A stretch of DNA of 64,000 nt from positions 94,492 through 158,491 of the IMG/VR virus record IMGVR_UViG_3300033182_000581; one strand, given 5' to 3'. Of the stretch, positions 35,019 through 45,794 are shown one piece after another; position 1 is the stretch's first letter, and the number at the start of each line of letters is the position of its first letter. The translations under genes were made by a program, and so were the position numbers. Origin of the DNA: a virus. The notes beneath the pieces were generated by a model, which worked only from the letters and a program-made list of their open reading frames with translations, made no database searches and was not told the DNA's origin.

Positions 35019-36119
35019 ATGAAACTAAAAATCAGTAAATTTGTTGATAACTTTTTTTCAAAAAGTACTTGGTTCATCATTTTGATGAGTTTAAGTACTC
35101 TTGCATTAGCAGGTTCAGCAGCATACTATTCCGTATTCGGATTAAGTTCTTTATTCGCTGGAGCACGATTTGAAGTTATTATTATGGCATCCGCATTAGA
35201 GTTCTCCAAACTTATATTAGCATCTTACCTACACAACCATTGGAAGAGGGCTGGTTGGATGAAGTGGTATCTCACAATAGCATTAGTAACACTTATGTTA
35301 ATCACATCAGCAGGTATATATGGATTCTTAACATCAGCGTATCAGAAAACTGCAGACCAATTGGGTGTAATGGATAAACAGGTTGAAGTTGTAGAGTTAA
35401 AGAAAAATAGATTCGAAGAATCATTATCGGGTTATAAAATTGAGAGAGAACAATTAAATACATCAATATCAGAATTAACCAAAGGATTATCTAATAACGT
35501 AATCACATATACAGATGCAGATGGTAATCAGGTTACCACCACATCATCTGCGACCCGTAGAGTATTAAATAATCAATTAGATGATATGAAAACTCAGCGT
35601 GAAAATGTATCCATTAAGATGGAAGCATTAACGGATTCAATAACTAAATTGGATTTACAGATTTTAGATTTAGAATCAAATAATGAGGTAGCCGCAGAAG
35701 TAGGCCCACTAAGATATATGGTAGAGATTACTGGAAAATCTATGGGGGTGATTGTGAATTGGTTTACACTACTAATTGTATTTGTGTTCGACCCACTTGC
35801 AATCTCAATGGTAATCGCATTAAATAAACTTATAAATAAGGAAGGTGATGGAAATAGTAATAGTACTAACACTCAGTTGTTTAGCAACATTGATGTTGTG
35901 GAAATACCCACCGATGATGAAACGGATGGGAGTTCAATACCAGTTTCTAAAACAAAAGTGGGAGAAAAAAGAAAAGAAACTCCACAAAAAGAAATTAAAA
36001 AACCTAAAAAAGAAAAAGTAGAATTCATACCTACTGATGAGGACGCCGTAAACATATATGGTGAACCTAAAAAGAAAAGATATAACGATTCAGTTGCATC
36101 CGCAGAAGGTCGTAAATAA
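35019..36119 (+). CDS. membrane coiled-coil protein (conserved in large phages)
   Basis: Three N-terminal TMs (LEFSKL, GIYGFLT), long coiled coil, C-terminal TM (FVFDPLAI). Confidence 0.75.
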   Translation: MKLKISKFVDNFFSKSTWFIILMSLSTLALAGSAAYYSVFGLSSLFAGARFEVIIMASALEFSKLILASYLHNHWKRAGWMKWYLTIALVTLMLITSAGIYGFLTSAYQKTADQLGVMDKQVEVVELKKNRFEESLSGYKIEREQLNTSISELTKGLSNNVITYTDADGNQVTTTSSATRRVLNNQLDDMKTQRENVSIKMEALTDSITKLDLQILDLESNNEVAAEVGPLRYMVEITGKSMGVIVNWFTLLIVFVFDPLAISMVIALNKLINKEGDGNSNSTNTQLFSNIDVVEIPTDDETDGSSIPVSKTKVGEKRKETPQKEIKKPKKEKVEFIPTDEDAVNIYGEPKKKRYNDSVASAEGRK

Positions 36120-36187
36120 ATTTGGTTAATTCAAATTTTATTTGTATATTTGTATCAACAAACTTTAAAAAACACTTTTAAAAGCAT

Positions 36188-36826
36188 ATGGGTGATTTAT
36201 ATAACGAAGGTAGAACCACTACAAGTGGTAACATTGATGTAGAGTATAGTACTCCATCAACTGAGAGAGAGAAATGGTTTCAAGAGTTCAGAGAATTTGA
36301 TTATGGATTGGATATCAGAGATAACGTTATCTTAGTTCAAGATGAAATCATTCAGGGATTAACATTCGATGTATTATCGAAAGTTAGATTGTTAAGAAAA
36401 ATAAATCCTGATTTGAAATCAGTTACAATTCTACTTAATTCACCAGGTGGTGATGTTGTAGAAACATTAGGGTTGATTGATTATATTCGCTCTTTGGATT
36501 CAAATGAAGGTATTAAAACAAATATCGTATGTAGAGGTTCAGCTATGAGTGCAGCAGCATTGTTACTCGCATCAGGTACTGGTGTTAGAGCAGCATCTAA
36601 ACACTCTAAGATTATGGTACATCAATTATCTACATTCGCCGCAGGTAAACTTTCTGATTTAAAATCAAACGCAAAGTTTGCTGAGCAATTAGAAAACGAT
36701 TGTAACACCATTATGGAAGAGTGTACAAAGAAAGATAAGAAATGGTGGGAAGAGAATCAGCAAAACGATTACTTCTTATCAGCTGAAGATGCATTAGGAT
36801 TAGGAATCATAGATAAAATAATTTAA
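36188..36826 (+). CDS. clpP: ClpP-like serine protease
   Basis: LNSPGGDV, GSAMSAA (catalytic Ser), SKIMVHQ (His), DYFLSAEDALGLGIID. Confidence 0.88.
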   Translation: MGDLYNEGRTTTSGNIDVEYSTPSTEREKWFQEFREFDYGLDIRDNVILVQDEIIQGLTFDVLSKVRLLRKINPDLKSVTILLNSPGGDVVETLGLIDYIRSLDSNEGIKTNIVCRGSAMSAAALLLASGTGVRAASKHSKIMVHQLSTFAAGKLSDLKSNAKFAEQLENDCNTIMEECTKKDKKWWEENQQNDYFLSAEDALGLGIIDKII

Positions 36827-36829
36827 GTT

Positions 36830-37126
36830 ATGGAATATAGTTACAAACCTTTAGGGGATAGAGTTGTTGTTAAGATTGTAAAACGACACGATGAGAAAAC
36901 AGCAGGTGGGTTGTATAAACCATCTGGTTCAGATACTACAATGATGGGTGAAGTTGTTGCAGTTGGAAATGGATTATTCACACAAACTGGGGATTCAATC
37001 CCAATGACAGTTAAAGTAGGAGATACAGTTCTATTAGAAGGAACTGGATTTAAACATAAGAACGGAAAGGATACTTACCACATTTACAGAGAAAGTGAGT
37101 TACTATCCGTATTAAACGAAAAATAA
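36830..37126 (+). CDS. groES: co-chaperonin GroES (Cpn10)
   Basis: KPLGDRVVVK, KTAGGLY, GEVVAVGNG, VKVGDTV, RESELL. Confidence 0.95.
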   Translation: MEYSYKPLGDRVVVKIVKRHDEKTAGGLYKPSGSDTTMMGEVVAVGNGLFTQTGDSIPMTVKVGDTVLLEGTGFKHKNGKDTYHIYRESELLSVLNEK

Positions 37127-37138
37127 AAACAAAAAGTT

Positions 37139-37906
37139 ATGATACACATTTTAGATGAAAATCAAATTGCAGATAACTACGAAAAGTTTCGTAAGTTAAT
37201 TAACCAAACATTTACAGGTGAACGATTGGAAGTACTAAATAAAATGTACGACCAACTTGAAGATAGAATCGTATTAACACCTGCATCATCAATTGAACAT
37301 TTTCATAATGCGTTTGCAGGTGGTTATATCGACCACGTTTTGAGAGTTACCAGAAATGCTATTAAACTTTATGATTTATACGAATCATTGGGAATGCCAT
37401 TGGATTTTGATAAGGAAACTTTAATCTTTGTTGCACTTCATCATGATTTAGGTAAAGTGGGTAATCATGAGGAGAGTTGGTATATCCCAAATGATTCTCA
37501 ATGGCACATTGAAAATCAAGGTAAGATTTACAAAACAAATCCAAATATGCATTGGATGGATACAACTGATAGAACTTTTTGGTTACTAAACCATTATGGT
37601 ATTAAAGTTACTGAAAAGGAATATATTGGAATCAAATTAACTGATGGGTTGTATGTTGATAGTAACAAAGATTACTTAATCAGTTGGAATAAAGACCACC
37701 GATTAAAAACTCAGTTACCAACAATAATGCATCAGGCAGATTTAATTGCAGCTAATTTTGAAAGAGATAGAGTTATGAATTCAGATAAGCAAATTGAATC
37801 TAAAAACGTTGGTGGTAGACCAACTAAGAAACAAAAATTAGAAAACGTAACTATGCCAGAGAAGATTGATTTCAAATCTATCTTTGGTGAAACAGAGGAA
37901 GTATAA
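37139..37906 (+). CDS. HD-domain hydrolase
   Basis: FHNAFAGGYIDHVL, LHHDLGK, HQAD. Confidence 0.85.
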   Translation: MIHILDENQIADNYEKFRKLINQTFTGERLEVLNKMYDQLEDRIVLTPASSIEHFHNAFAGGYIDHVLRVTRNAIKLYDLYESLGMPLDFDKETLIFVALHHDLGKVGNHEESWYIPNDSQWHIENQGKIYKTNPNMHWMDTTDRTFWLLNHYGIKVTEKEYIGIKLTDGLYVDSNKDYLISWNKDHRLKTQLPTIMHQADLIAANFERDRVMNSDKQIESKNVGGRPTKKQKLENVTMPEKIDFKSIFGETEEV

Positions 37907-37907
37907 T

Positions 37908-38201
37908 ATGGAATTATTATTCATAGTTATATTGTCAGTTTCAACCTTACTATTAGGATACACAACATACAATCTCCTTCGTAAAAACGAAGCATTAGAA
38001 GATGAGATAGAGTTTGCAGATAAGTATTTAGAATCTGCGTTCGAATCAATGAAGAGTGCATATGAGAGAATGAAGAAAGTGGATAGGTTAGGTTCGTTTG
38101 AGGCTGATGATGAGAGTGGATACATCTTTGAAGAGATTAAATCCGCATTGGAACAATTAAACGAAACATTTAACTTAGATGCCGAAGAAGAGAAAGAATA
38201 A
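37908..38201 (+). CDS. membrane-anchored coiled-coil protein
   Basis: N-terminal TM; FEADDESG. Confidence 0.65.
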   Translation: MELLFIVILSVSTLLLGYTTYNLLRKNEALEDEIEFADKYLESAFESMKSAYERMKKVDRLGSFEADDESGYIFEEIKSALEQLNETFNLDAEEEKE

Positions 38202-38895
38202 AAGGTATTTCACAAAGATTACTGAGATTGCTATAAACGCCTATAATAATTGTGATGACCAGAAGTTAAAAAATAGAATCTATAATAGATTCATTCATTA
38301 CCCATTTGATAAATTAGCAGAGAACGTAATCCACACATATAAAACTTATTATTTCGATGTACCATACGAAGATGTAAAAGCAAGTGTAGTTGCATTCTTA
38401 AATGAGAAGATTCACAAATTCAATGGTGCAAATGGTAGAGCATTCTCATACTTTACAGTAGTTGCGAGAAACTATTTATTCAACGAGAACAATGCCAACT
38501 ACGCCAGAATGAAAGTAAGGGAAGATTTAAGCAAAGTAGATTCATCTCGTAATATCGTAAATGAGGTTGTTAGTCAACAATTACAAGAATCTAAATCAGA
38601 TTTCTTTGATTACTATACACAATATATAGATTATCACTTAGATGATTTATTTACAAAGGATAGAGATAAAGCAATTGCAGATTCAATAAATGAATTATTT
38701 AAAAACAGAAACGATTTATATTCATACAATAAGAAAGCACTTTACATACTTATTAGAGAGAGGACTGGAGTTCATACTCAGTACATAACAAAAGTGGTTG
38801 GTAAAATGAAAACCATTTACGCGGAACTTTATACTGAGTACAACAAAAAAGGACACTTTGAAATAACATATAAGTTAAAGGACAACAATGGATAA
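38179..38895 (+). CDS. phage sigma-factor-like protein (T4 gp55-like late sigma candidate)
   Basis: KFNGANGRAFSYFTVVARNYL resembles sigma region 2 of gp55-type factors; immediately upstream of the structural module. Confidence 0.55.
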   Translation: MPKKRKNKRYFTKITEIAINAYNNCDDQKLKNRIYNRFIHYPFDKLAENVIHTYKTYYFDVPYEDVKASVVAFLNEKIHKFNGANGRAFSYFTVVARNYLFNENNANYARMKVREDLSKVDSSRNIVNEVVSQQLQESKSDFFDYYTQYIDYHLDDLFTKDRDKAIADSINELFKNRNDLYSYNKKALYILIRERTGVHTQYITKVVGKMKTIYAELYTEYNKKGHFEITYKLKDNNG

Positions 38896-39253
38896 GGATA
38901 CTGAATTATTTAAAGGTAAAACATTTTCGGATATTATGTCAGATGTTTATCACAATTCGAAAAAGAAAGATAGACAGCTAAAACTTCTTATTGCACAATT
39001 AGAACCATTGGTTACAAACATCCAAGATGCTACTGTGGTAGTTCCTTTGATTAAAGAGTATATGGAAGTATCTATAAAGAATGATGAACAAATCGTAAAA
39101 CTTGCGGCAATCGTTCAACGAATGATGAAAGATGCCAACTCAGAAGATGGTGGTGGTTTAGGTTTAAGTGAAGAAGAAAAGAAACAACTTTTAGAAAATG
39201 CAAAAGCAATTGATGAGAAAATAGAATCTCTTCAAAACGATGAGGATGTATAA
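38888..39253 (+). CDS. conserved hypothetical protein
   Basis: VPLIKEYMEVSIKNDEQIVKLAAIVQR. Confidence 0.7.
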   Translation: MDKDTELFKGKTFSDIMSDVYHNSKKKDRQLKLLIAQLEPLVTNIQDATVVVPLIKEYMEVSIKNDEQIVKLAAIVQRMMKDANSEDGGGLGLSEEEKKQLLENAKAIDEKIESLQNDEDV

Positions 39254-40245
39254 TGAGCTCGTTTCAATCAGGAACAATACAAGCCATAACACTAAAGGAT
39301 GATAATCCGAACGAAGTTTATAGTATTCAAGTATTAACTGCTAAGGGTGGTGGTAATTTTGAAACCGCATTCCCATTGGATACTAATATAAAACGAATAC
39401 CATTATTAGGTGAAAGTGTTATATTAATTTCCGCATTAGGACCTGAAGGACAGGGTGGTAGTAGACGGCAAATACAATATTATCTAAACCCAACCTCAGT
39501 TCAAGTAAATGTACACAATAATGCATTACCCAAAGGTGCTGTAGCAAAGATAACGGGTGGTACTTCATCTGGTATACCATCTGCTGCAGCAGGTAACCCC
39601 GCCGTAACTAAAGTATCATCTGATACAGATTTAGGTAAGGGGTTTGTAGAAAGAACTGATGTGGGCTCATTACAACCATTCATAGGTGATGTTTTATTTG
39701 AAGGTAGGTTTGGTCAATCACTAAGATTCGGATACACACCTGAGGGTGCAAACACAACCAAAAAACCTACTTGGAGCGCATCAAAACCTTCAGACCCAAT
39801 TACCATACTATCTAATGGTAGAAAAGAACCAGGTGAGTTTAATAAGTTTATAATAGAAACTATCAATGATGATTTATCATCTATATACCTAACATCATCT
39901 CAAAAAATAAAATTAACTACATCCCAAACAAACTTAGGAATGGGTGTTGATGTACAATCACAATTTGATAAACCATCAGTAATCATTACATCTGATAGGG
40001 TCTTATTAGATTCTAAAAAGGATTATATAATCCTATCGGGTAAGAAAGATATCATAAACGCAACCCCTAATTGGGCGATGGAGATGGATAAGATGTTTAC
40101 AATCTTAGAAGAGCTAATTCAACAATTAGCAGATTTAACAAAGGGAACAGCAACCTTTAGTACAGGTGTTGGACCAACTGGCCCTGCAACCAATGTAGCA
40201 CAGGTTGAAAAACTTTTAGCAGATTTAAAACTAATGAAACAATAA
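39253..40245 (+). CDS. baseplate hub/spike (gp5/GpV-like) protein
   Basis: N-terminal OB-like region (IPLLGESV), EGRFGQSLRFG, C-terminal beta-repeats and GPTGP. Confidence 0.6.
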   Translation: MSSFQSGTIQAITLKDDNPNEVYSIQVLTAKGGGNFETAFPLDTNIKRIPLLGESVILISALGPEGQGGSRRQIQYYLNPTSVQVNVHNNALPKGAVAKITGGTSSGIPSAAAGNPAVTKVSSDTDLGKGFVERTDVGSLQPFIGDVLFEGRFGQSLRFGYTPEGANTTKKPTWSASKPSDPITILSNGRKEPGEFNKFIIETINDDLSSIYLTSSQKIKLTTSQTNLGMGVDVQSQFDKPSVIITSDRVLLDSKKDYIILSGKKDIINATPNWAMEMDKMFTILEELIQQLADLTKGTATFSTGVGPTGPATNVAQVEKLLADLKLMKQ

Positions 40246-40246
40246 T

Positions 40247-40816
40247 ATGGCAGCGTTGTGGACACCATATACAATCGCAGTTGCAGCATGGTTTGATGCA
40301 CCGATAGAAAAAACTGAAGAAGAAACTGCTAAGTTCTTAGCAAACGCATATAGGATTGCGGTAGCACCTACAATGATATCTTTAGTTCCTGGTTCTACTA
40401 TTATATCAAAACCACCTATTAAACCAATGGAAGATGCTATATTAGATACTATCAATCAAATGAAAAATGGTGAAGGTAAACCAACCGTACCAATGTTTAC
40501 TGGTTGGGCAACTGAAATAGTTAACTATTGGGCTGCTGTAACATGGAATCCACTACCACCACCGATTGGATATGTATCACCAACAGTAGGACACTCCGTT
40601 ATATCGGGTGGTACACCATCACCATTAGATTCTGCGTTATGGAACGCATTTAATAACGAACCACTACCTACACCTATGGGAATTATTATAGCAAATAAAT
40701 TAGTAACCGCGTTCAGAGGACACTTCTTAACAGTTAGTGGTGTATATAACGGATTAATTCCAGCAGCACCATCACCAGCGCCAGGGCCACCATTCCCATG
40801 GACAGGGTTAGTATAA
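40247..40816 (+). CDS. Pro-rich structural protein
   Basis: Context; ends PPFPWTGLV. Confidence 0.55.
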   Translation: MAALWTPYTIAVAAWFDAPIEKTEEETAKFLANAYRIAVAPTMISLVPGSTIISKPPIKPMEDAILDTINQMKNGEGKPTVPMFTGWATEIVNYWAAVTWNPLPPPIGYVSPTVGHSVISGGTPSPLDSALWNAFNNEPLPTPMGIIIANKLVTAFRGHFLTVSGVYNGLIPAAPSPAPGPPFPWTGLV

Positions 40817-40854
40817 AAATAAACAATTTGATATTTATATAAAAGTATATTATT

Positions 40855-41364
40855 ATGAAGGCAAAAGAATTAGCACAATTATTGGAAGTTGTAGTTCGTA
40901 AGGTAGTAAGAGAAGAACTTAAACCTATCATTTCAGAGGTTAAGAAAAATTCTAAACCTGTAATGAGAGAACGTGCAGTTGACAATAGTAAAATTAAAAA
41001 AGACCCATTGGATATCAACATATCAGATATCCTAAAGGAAGAACGTAAGCCAAAACGACAAACACAAAAGTTTACAAATAATCCAGTACTTAATGATTTG
41101 TTGAATGAAACTGCAAATGATGGTGAGTGGAGAAATATGGAATCGACTTTCACATCACAACAAGCACAAGGATTTAATAGAGCCCAAATGGCAGAAATGT
41201 TAGGATATGGTGATGGGGTTGCTACTCCACAAAATATGGCACCCAATGTAGGGCCCGATGGTGAACCTATGAATGTAAATATCGAAGGTACTGCGGTTGG
41301 TGATGCGTTGACAAGAGATTATTCTCAGTTGATGAAAACCATCAACGCAAAGAAGGGGAAATGA
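40855..41364 (+). CDS. hypothetical virion-associated protein
   Basis: After ATATTTAT at 40831; LTRDYSQLMK motif. Confidence 0.6.
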   Translation: MKAKELAQLLEVVVRKVVREELKPIISEVKKNSKPVMRERAVDNSKIKKDPLDINISDILKEERKPKRQTQKFTNNPVLNDLLNETANDGEWRNMESTFTSQQAQGFNRAQMAEMLGYGDGVATPQNMAPNVGPDGEPMNVNIEGTAVGDALTRDYSQLMKTINAKKGK

Positions 41365-41367
41365 TAA

Positions 41368-41808
41368 ATGGCTAAACAACGTAAAGAATATTCATACAAC
41401 CCATTAGATTTAGAAAAAGATGTTGCGATTGGAGTGATGTTACCATTTGGGAAACCAAGTGGTTTGTTTCAATTAAGTTACACAACTGAGGAACAGGCGG
41501 TATCTAACCTAAAAAATCTATTACTAACCCGTAAGGGTGAGAGACCATTTCAACCCAACTTTGGTTCAGATGTGTATTCTTTATTATTTGAAAACATTAA
41601 TTCAGGTCTATCAGATATATTAACCGAAACACTTACAGAAGATATTAATTTTTGGTTACCATACATAATTATTGATGATATAGTTATTGATGTAGTTGAA
41701 GATAGAAACTATGTTAAAATTGAATTATCATTCAAAGTAACTGAACAAGGTGCTAATAAACGAATTACATTATTTGTAGATTCGGCAGGAACTGCAAACA
41801 TAGAATAG
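41368..41808 (+). CDS. baseplate wedge protein gp25/GpW-like
   Basis: NLKNLLLTRKGERPFQPNFGS..L+FE. Confidence 0.9.
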   Translation: MAKQRKEYSYNPLDLEKDVAIGVMLPFGKPSGLFQLSYTTEEQAVSNLKNLLLTRKGERPFQPNFGSDVYSLLFENINSGLSDILTETLTEDINFWLPYIIIDDIVIDVVEDRNYVKIELSFKVTEQGANKRITLFVDSAGTANIE

Positions 41809-41815
41809 GTATATT

Positions 41816-43756
41816 ATGGCAAAAGAGGCTAAAAAAGATTTAGTACAAAAGGATGTAAAGTTCATTGGTAGAGATTTCGGAGAAATCAGAAAAAACCTTA
41901 TTGATTTTACTAAAACGTATTTTCCAAATACATACAATGATTTTAATGAATCATCTCCAGGTATGATGTTTATGGAAATGGCATCCTATGTTGGTGATGT
42001 ACTTTCATTCTATACAGATACACAATTAAGAGAATCTCTTTTAACAAACGCTGAAGAAAAATCAAATTTATTTAATCTTGCAATGGCGTATGGGTATAAA
42101 CCCAAAAATTATGTACCTGCAACAACTACGTTAGATGTATTTCAATTAGTACCATCAAAAGGAAGTGGTGATAATGTAAGACCCGATTATGATTATGCTT
42201 TAAAAATTGCAAATGGTATGCAGGTTGGTTCATCTGAAAACAATAATGTAAACTTTATTGCAGCAGCAGAAGTAGATTTTTCAGTATCATCATCACTCAA
42301 CCCAACTGATGTAACCGTATATCAAATTGATGCAAATACCAACGAACCAATTTACTACCTACTTAAAAAACAGGTTAAAGTATCAAGTGGTAAATTAAAA
42401 ACAAAAGAATTTGAATTTGGTAGTCCAAAGATATATGATAAAATAAAAATAGTAGATGATACTATAATTAGAATCAAATCAATAACTGATGATGATGGGG
42501 ATGAATGGACACACGTACCTTACTTAGCACAAGATACTGTATTCGAACAGGTTGAGAATAATGAAGATAATTCAACTTCATTTGTAGAGTATAGTGGAGA
42601 AACTCCATATCTTTTAGAATTAAAGAGAGTTCCAAAAAGATACATCACAAGAGTTGAGGATAGTGGAGTTATGGTTATTCAGTTTGGTGCTGGTATATCT
42701 CAAAACGCAGATGAAGAATTAGTCCCAAACCCAGATAACGTTGGTTCTAACCTATATAATATCGTTGGTGATTTAGACCAGGGTATTGACCCATCCAACT
42801 TCTTATATACTAAAACATATGGAGTAGCACCATCCAACACAACTTTAACTGTTGAGTACTTAGTTGGTAATGGTATTGCAGATAACGTTCCTGCGAAAGA
42901 TTTAACAAACATTGTATCAATAACATCTACGTTTTTAAATGAACGTAATTTGGATAGCACTCTTACAGAGTTTGTAAGAAATTCAGTAGCAGTAACAAAC
43001 CCAGAACCCGCAAGAGGTGGTCGTAGTGAAGAAACATTAGAGGAGATTCGTAACAACGCAATGGCATTCTTCGCAGCACAAAATAGAACGGTAACCAGAG
43101 AAGATTATGTAATGAGATGTTATGCGCTACCACCACAATTTGGTGCATGTGCAAAAGCATACTTAGTACAAGATTATCAAATTGAAAATAAAAAGGCAGA
43201 TGGCACAACAATTTCATCTGAGATACCAAACCCATTGGCATTAAACTTATATACAATGGGATATACTGATGATAAAAAATTAACACCTTTAAACCCTGCA
43301 ACTAAAAATAATCTGAGAAACTATATTTCATATTATAGATTGTTAACAGATGCGGTTAACATTAAAGATGCGCATATCATTAATATTGGTGTTGATTTTG
43401 AAATTACAGTATTACCAGATTACAATTCAAACGAAGTTCTTTTAAGATGTATTGATAAACTAAAAGATTACTTTAATATTGATAATTGGAGAATCAACGA
43501 ACCAATTCAATTATCAAAAATATATGTAATGTTGGATGGTGTTAAAGGCGTACAGAGTGTAATTAGACCCGATAGAGATGGTAAGGGTGGATTACAAATA
43601 TTCAATAGATTTAACGGAAACTATTCACCAAACAAATATAGTATAAAAAATGCTACAAAGAATGGTGTAATATATCCAGCAAAAGACCCATCGATATTTG
43701 AGGTCAAATTCCCCAATACCGATATTAGAGGTAAGGTAGTAACACAATCATTCTAA
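41816..43756 (+). CDS. baseplate wedge protein gp6/baseplate-J-like
   Basis: RDFGEIRKNL, DVLSFYTD, GG..EETLEEIR.NA..FFAAQNRTVTREDY. Confidence 0.9.
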   Translation: MAKEAKKDLVQKDVKFIGRDFGEIRKNLIDFTKTYFPNTYNDFNESSPGMMFMEMASYVGDVLSFYTDTQLRESLLTNAEEKSNLFNLAMAYGYKPKNYVPATTTLDVFQLVPSKGSGDNVRPDYDYALKIANGMQVGSSENNNVNFIAAAEVDFSVSSSLNPTDVTVYQIDANTNEPIYYLLKKQVKVSSGKLKTKEFEFGSPKIYDKIKIVDDTIIRIKSITDDDGDEWTHVPYLAQDTVFEQVENNEDNSTSFVEYSGETPYLLELKRVPKRYITRVEDSGVMVIQFGAGISQNADEELVPNPDNVGSNLYNIVGDLDQGIDPSNFLYTKTYGVAPSNTTLTVEYLVGNGIADNVPAKDLTNIVSITSTFLNERNLDSTLTEFVRNSVAVTNPEPARGGRSEETLEEIRNNAMAFFAAQNRTVTREDYVMRCYALPPQFGACAKAYLVQDYQIENKKADGTTISSEIPNPLALNLYTMGYTDDKKLTPLNPATKNNLRNYISYYRLLTDAVNIKDAHIINIGVDFEITVLPDYNSNEVLLRCIDKLKDYFNIDNWRINEPIQLSKIYVMLDGVKGVQSVIRPDRDGKGGLQIFNRFNGNYSPNKYSIKNATKNGVIYPAKDPSIFEVKFPNTDIRGKVVTQSF

Positions 43757-43766
43757 GGAGATAATA

Positions 43767-45794
43767 ATGATATATAGAATATACGGACAAAAGGATACTA
43801 CCATCTACGAACATGGACTTCGTAGAAACCAAAACACAGGTATGGATTCTGTATTGGAGATTACAAAATTCTTCGATGAAGATACTGATGAGAATTGGGT
43901 GGGTAATAGTAGAATCTTAACTCAGTTTGATTTATCTCCGATATCATCATTAATATCATCTGGTGATATTTCTGGTACTAAAAAATTCTATCTAAACCTA
44001 ACATCGGTTGATGAAGTGGATGTTCGTGCTGAATATCAATTAAACGTACATCAAGTATCTGGTAGTTGGATTAATGGGCTTGGTAAATATAATGATAACC
44101 CAATAAACACATCGGGATGTAGTTGGGTATATAGAAATGATAATGAACTATGGAGTGTATCATCCGCGCAAACGTTTAATGGTATCAGAGAGTTTGGAAT
44201 TCCAACTGAAGGTATCGTATTATACGAAGGATTTTCTGAAGGAACTGGTTCTTTATTCTTAACGCAATCAATCAATGATGTTAGAGGTAATACACCAACC
44301 ATTAACATAACTGATGGTAGATTAATTATATCGGCATCAAATTATGCAGGTACTACATTAGTATTCCCAGCACAATTAGATGAAAACCAAACCTATGGAG
44401 TTCAATTCCAAATCGACCCTGGTTCATTTGATGATATACAATTTAGAGTTTTAGATGCAGATGGTGTTTTAAAAGCAGATGGTGATTATGAAGGGTTTGT
44501 TGGAGCAATTACAACACCATCAACACAATCGTTTGATTTAACATCCACAACCGCAGGGGAGTATCAATTACAATTTACATTCTTTGATGGTAGTGGTGAT
44601 GGTACAACAACAACCGGTTCATTTGATGAAATATATGTTTACGAAAAAACAGGTAATACAATTGCGTATGAAACCTTTGCGTATAACAAAGGTGGATTTT
44701 TATTAAGAAACGTTGTTAAAAATACAAATGATGAACTACCTCGTATGTTTGTATCCGAATCTAAATTAAATTTATATGCAGACAACATCGGTGGTGGTGA
44801 CGCAACATTCATTGAAACCTTATCAACTAATTTAGAATATACTTTAAGTTGTGAGGTTGACCCAGGTGATTATCCTGAAATAGGATTTACCATATACGAC
44901 CCAAATGGGTTAAAGTATAGAAATGGTGTTACCGGTTTATCTTCATCATTTACAACACCCCAAACTCAATCAATAGTGTTTACACCACAGATTGCAGGTG
45001 ATTATATATTTGCGTACACATTCTTTGATTCTGGTTCTGCAGGTGCTAGTGGTTCATTGGATAACTTTAAAATAGTTTATTCGGGCTCAATACCACAACC
45101 ACCACAAATTGAAGCTGGGTATTATAAAAATAAAGGTGGTGCCACATGGTACACATCATCAGTAAGTAACACCACTATATCCCAAACATTCAACAAATAC
45201 ACTAAAGATTTAAATGTTGAAGTTACTGATTATGTTAATGATTGGTTGAGTGGTAGTAGAGAAAATAATGGATTCCTTATCAAAAGACCCGCAGCTCAAG
45301 AAAGTGGTTCTATTAGATATGGTTCATCCAAGTTCTTTTCAAATGAAACCAATACAATTTATGTACCTACATTAGAAGTAAGATGGGTTACGGGTTCATT
45401 TGAGACTGGTTCATTAAGTGAACTTACTGATGATAACATTACATTATACGTTAAGAATATACTTACTGAATATAAGGAAACTTCTAAAGCAAAACTTAGA
45501 GTGATTGGTAGAGCTAAATATCCACAAAGAACATTCTCTGATACATACCCATATACTACTATTAAATATTTGCCAGAAACTACTTATTATCAAGTAAAAG
45601 ATGTTGAAACCAATTTGGCGTTAATTCCATATGATACAACTTACACAAAAGTAAATTGTGATTCAACTGGAAATTATTTTGATTTTTGGTTTAATACATT
45701 ACAACCTGAAAGATTCTATCGTTTTGATTTCAGAGTGGATAGAAACGGAAAGAGTGAGTACTTCGAAGGACCGATATTTAAAGTGGTTAGATAA
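43767..45794 (+). CDS. baseplate/tail structural protein with two inserted beta-sandwich repeats
   Basis: KDTTIYE N-terminus and RENNGFLIK..PTLEVRW (DNRLRE-like); internal repeats VDPG...TTP.TQS...AG.Y...TFFD. Confidence 0.65.
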   Translation: MIYRIYGQKDTTIYEHGLRRNQNTGMDSVLEITKFFDEDTDENWVGNSRILTQFDLSPISSLISSGDISGTKKFYLNLTSVDEVDVRAEYQLNVHQVSGSWINGLGKYNDNPINTSGCSWVYRNDNELWSVSSAQTFNGIREFGIPTEGIVLYEGFSEGTGSLFLTQSINDVRGNTPTINITDGRLIISASNYAGTTLVFPAQLDENQTYGVQFQIDPGSFDDIQFRVLDADGVLKADGDYEGFVGAITTPSTQSFDLTSTTAGEYQLQFTFFDGSGDGTTTTGSFDEIYVYEKTGNTIAYETFAYNKGGFLLRNVVKNTNDELPRMFVSESKLNLYADNIGGGDATFIETLSTNLEYTLSCEVDPGDYPEIGFTIYDPNGLKYRNGVTGLSSSFTTPQTQSIVFTPQIAGDYIFAYTFFDSGSAGASGSLDNFKIVYSGSIPQPPQIEAGYYKNKGGATWYTSSVSNTTISQTFNKYTKDLNVEVTDYVNDWLSGSRENNGFLIKRPAAQESGSIRYGSSKFFSNETNTIYVPTLEVRWVTGSFETGSLSELTDDNITLYVKNILTEYKETSKAKLRVIGRAKYPQRTFSDTYPYTTIKYLPETTYYQVKDVETNLALIPYDTTYTKVNCDSTGNYFDFWFNTLQPERFYRFDFRVDRNGKSEYFEGPIFKVVR

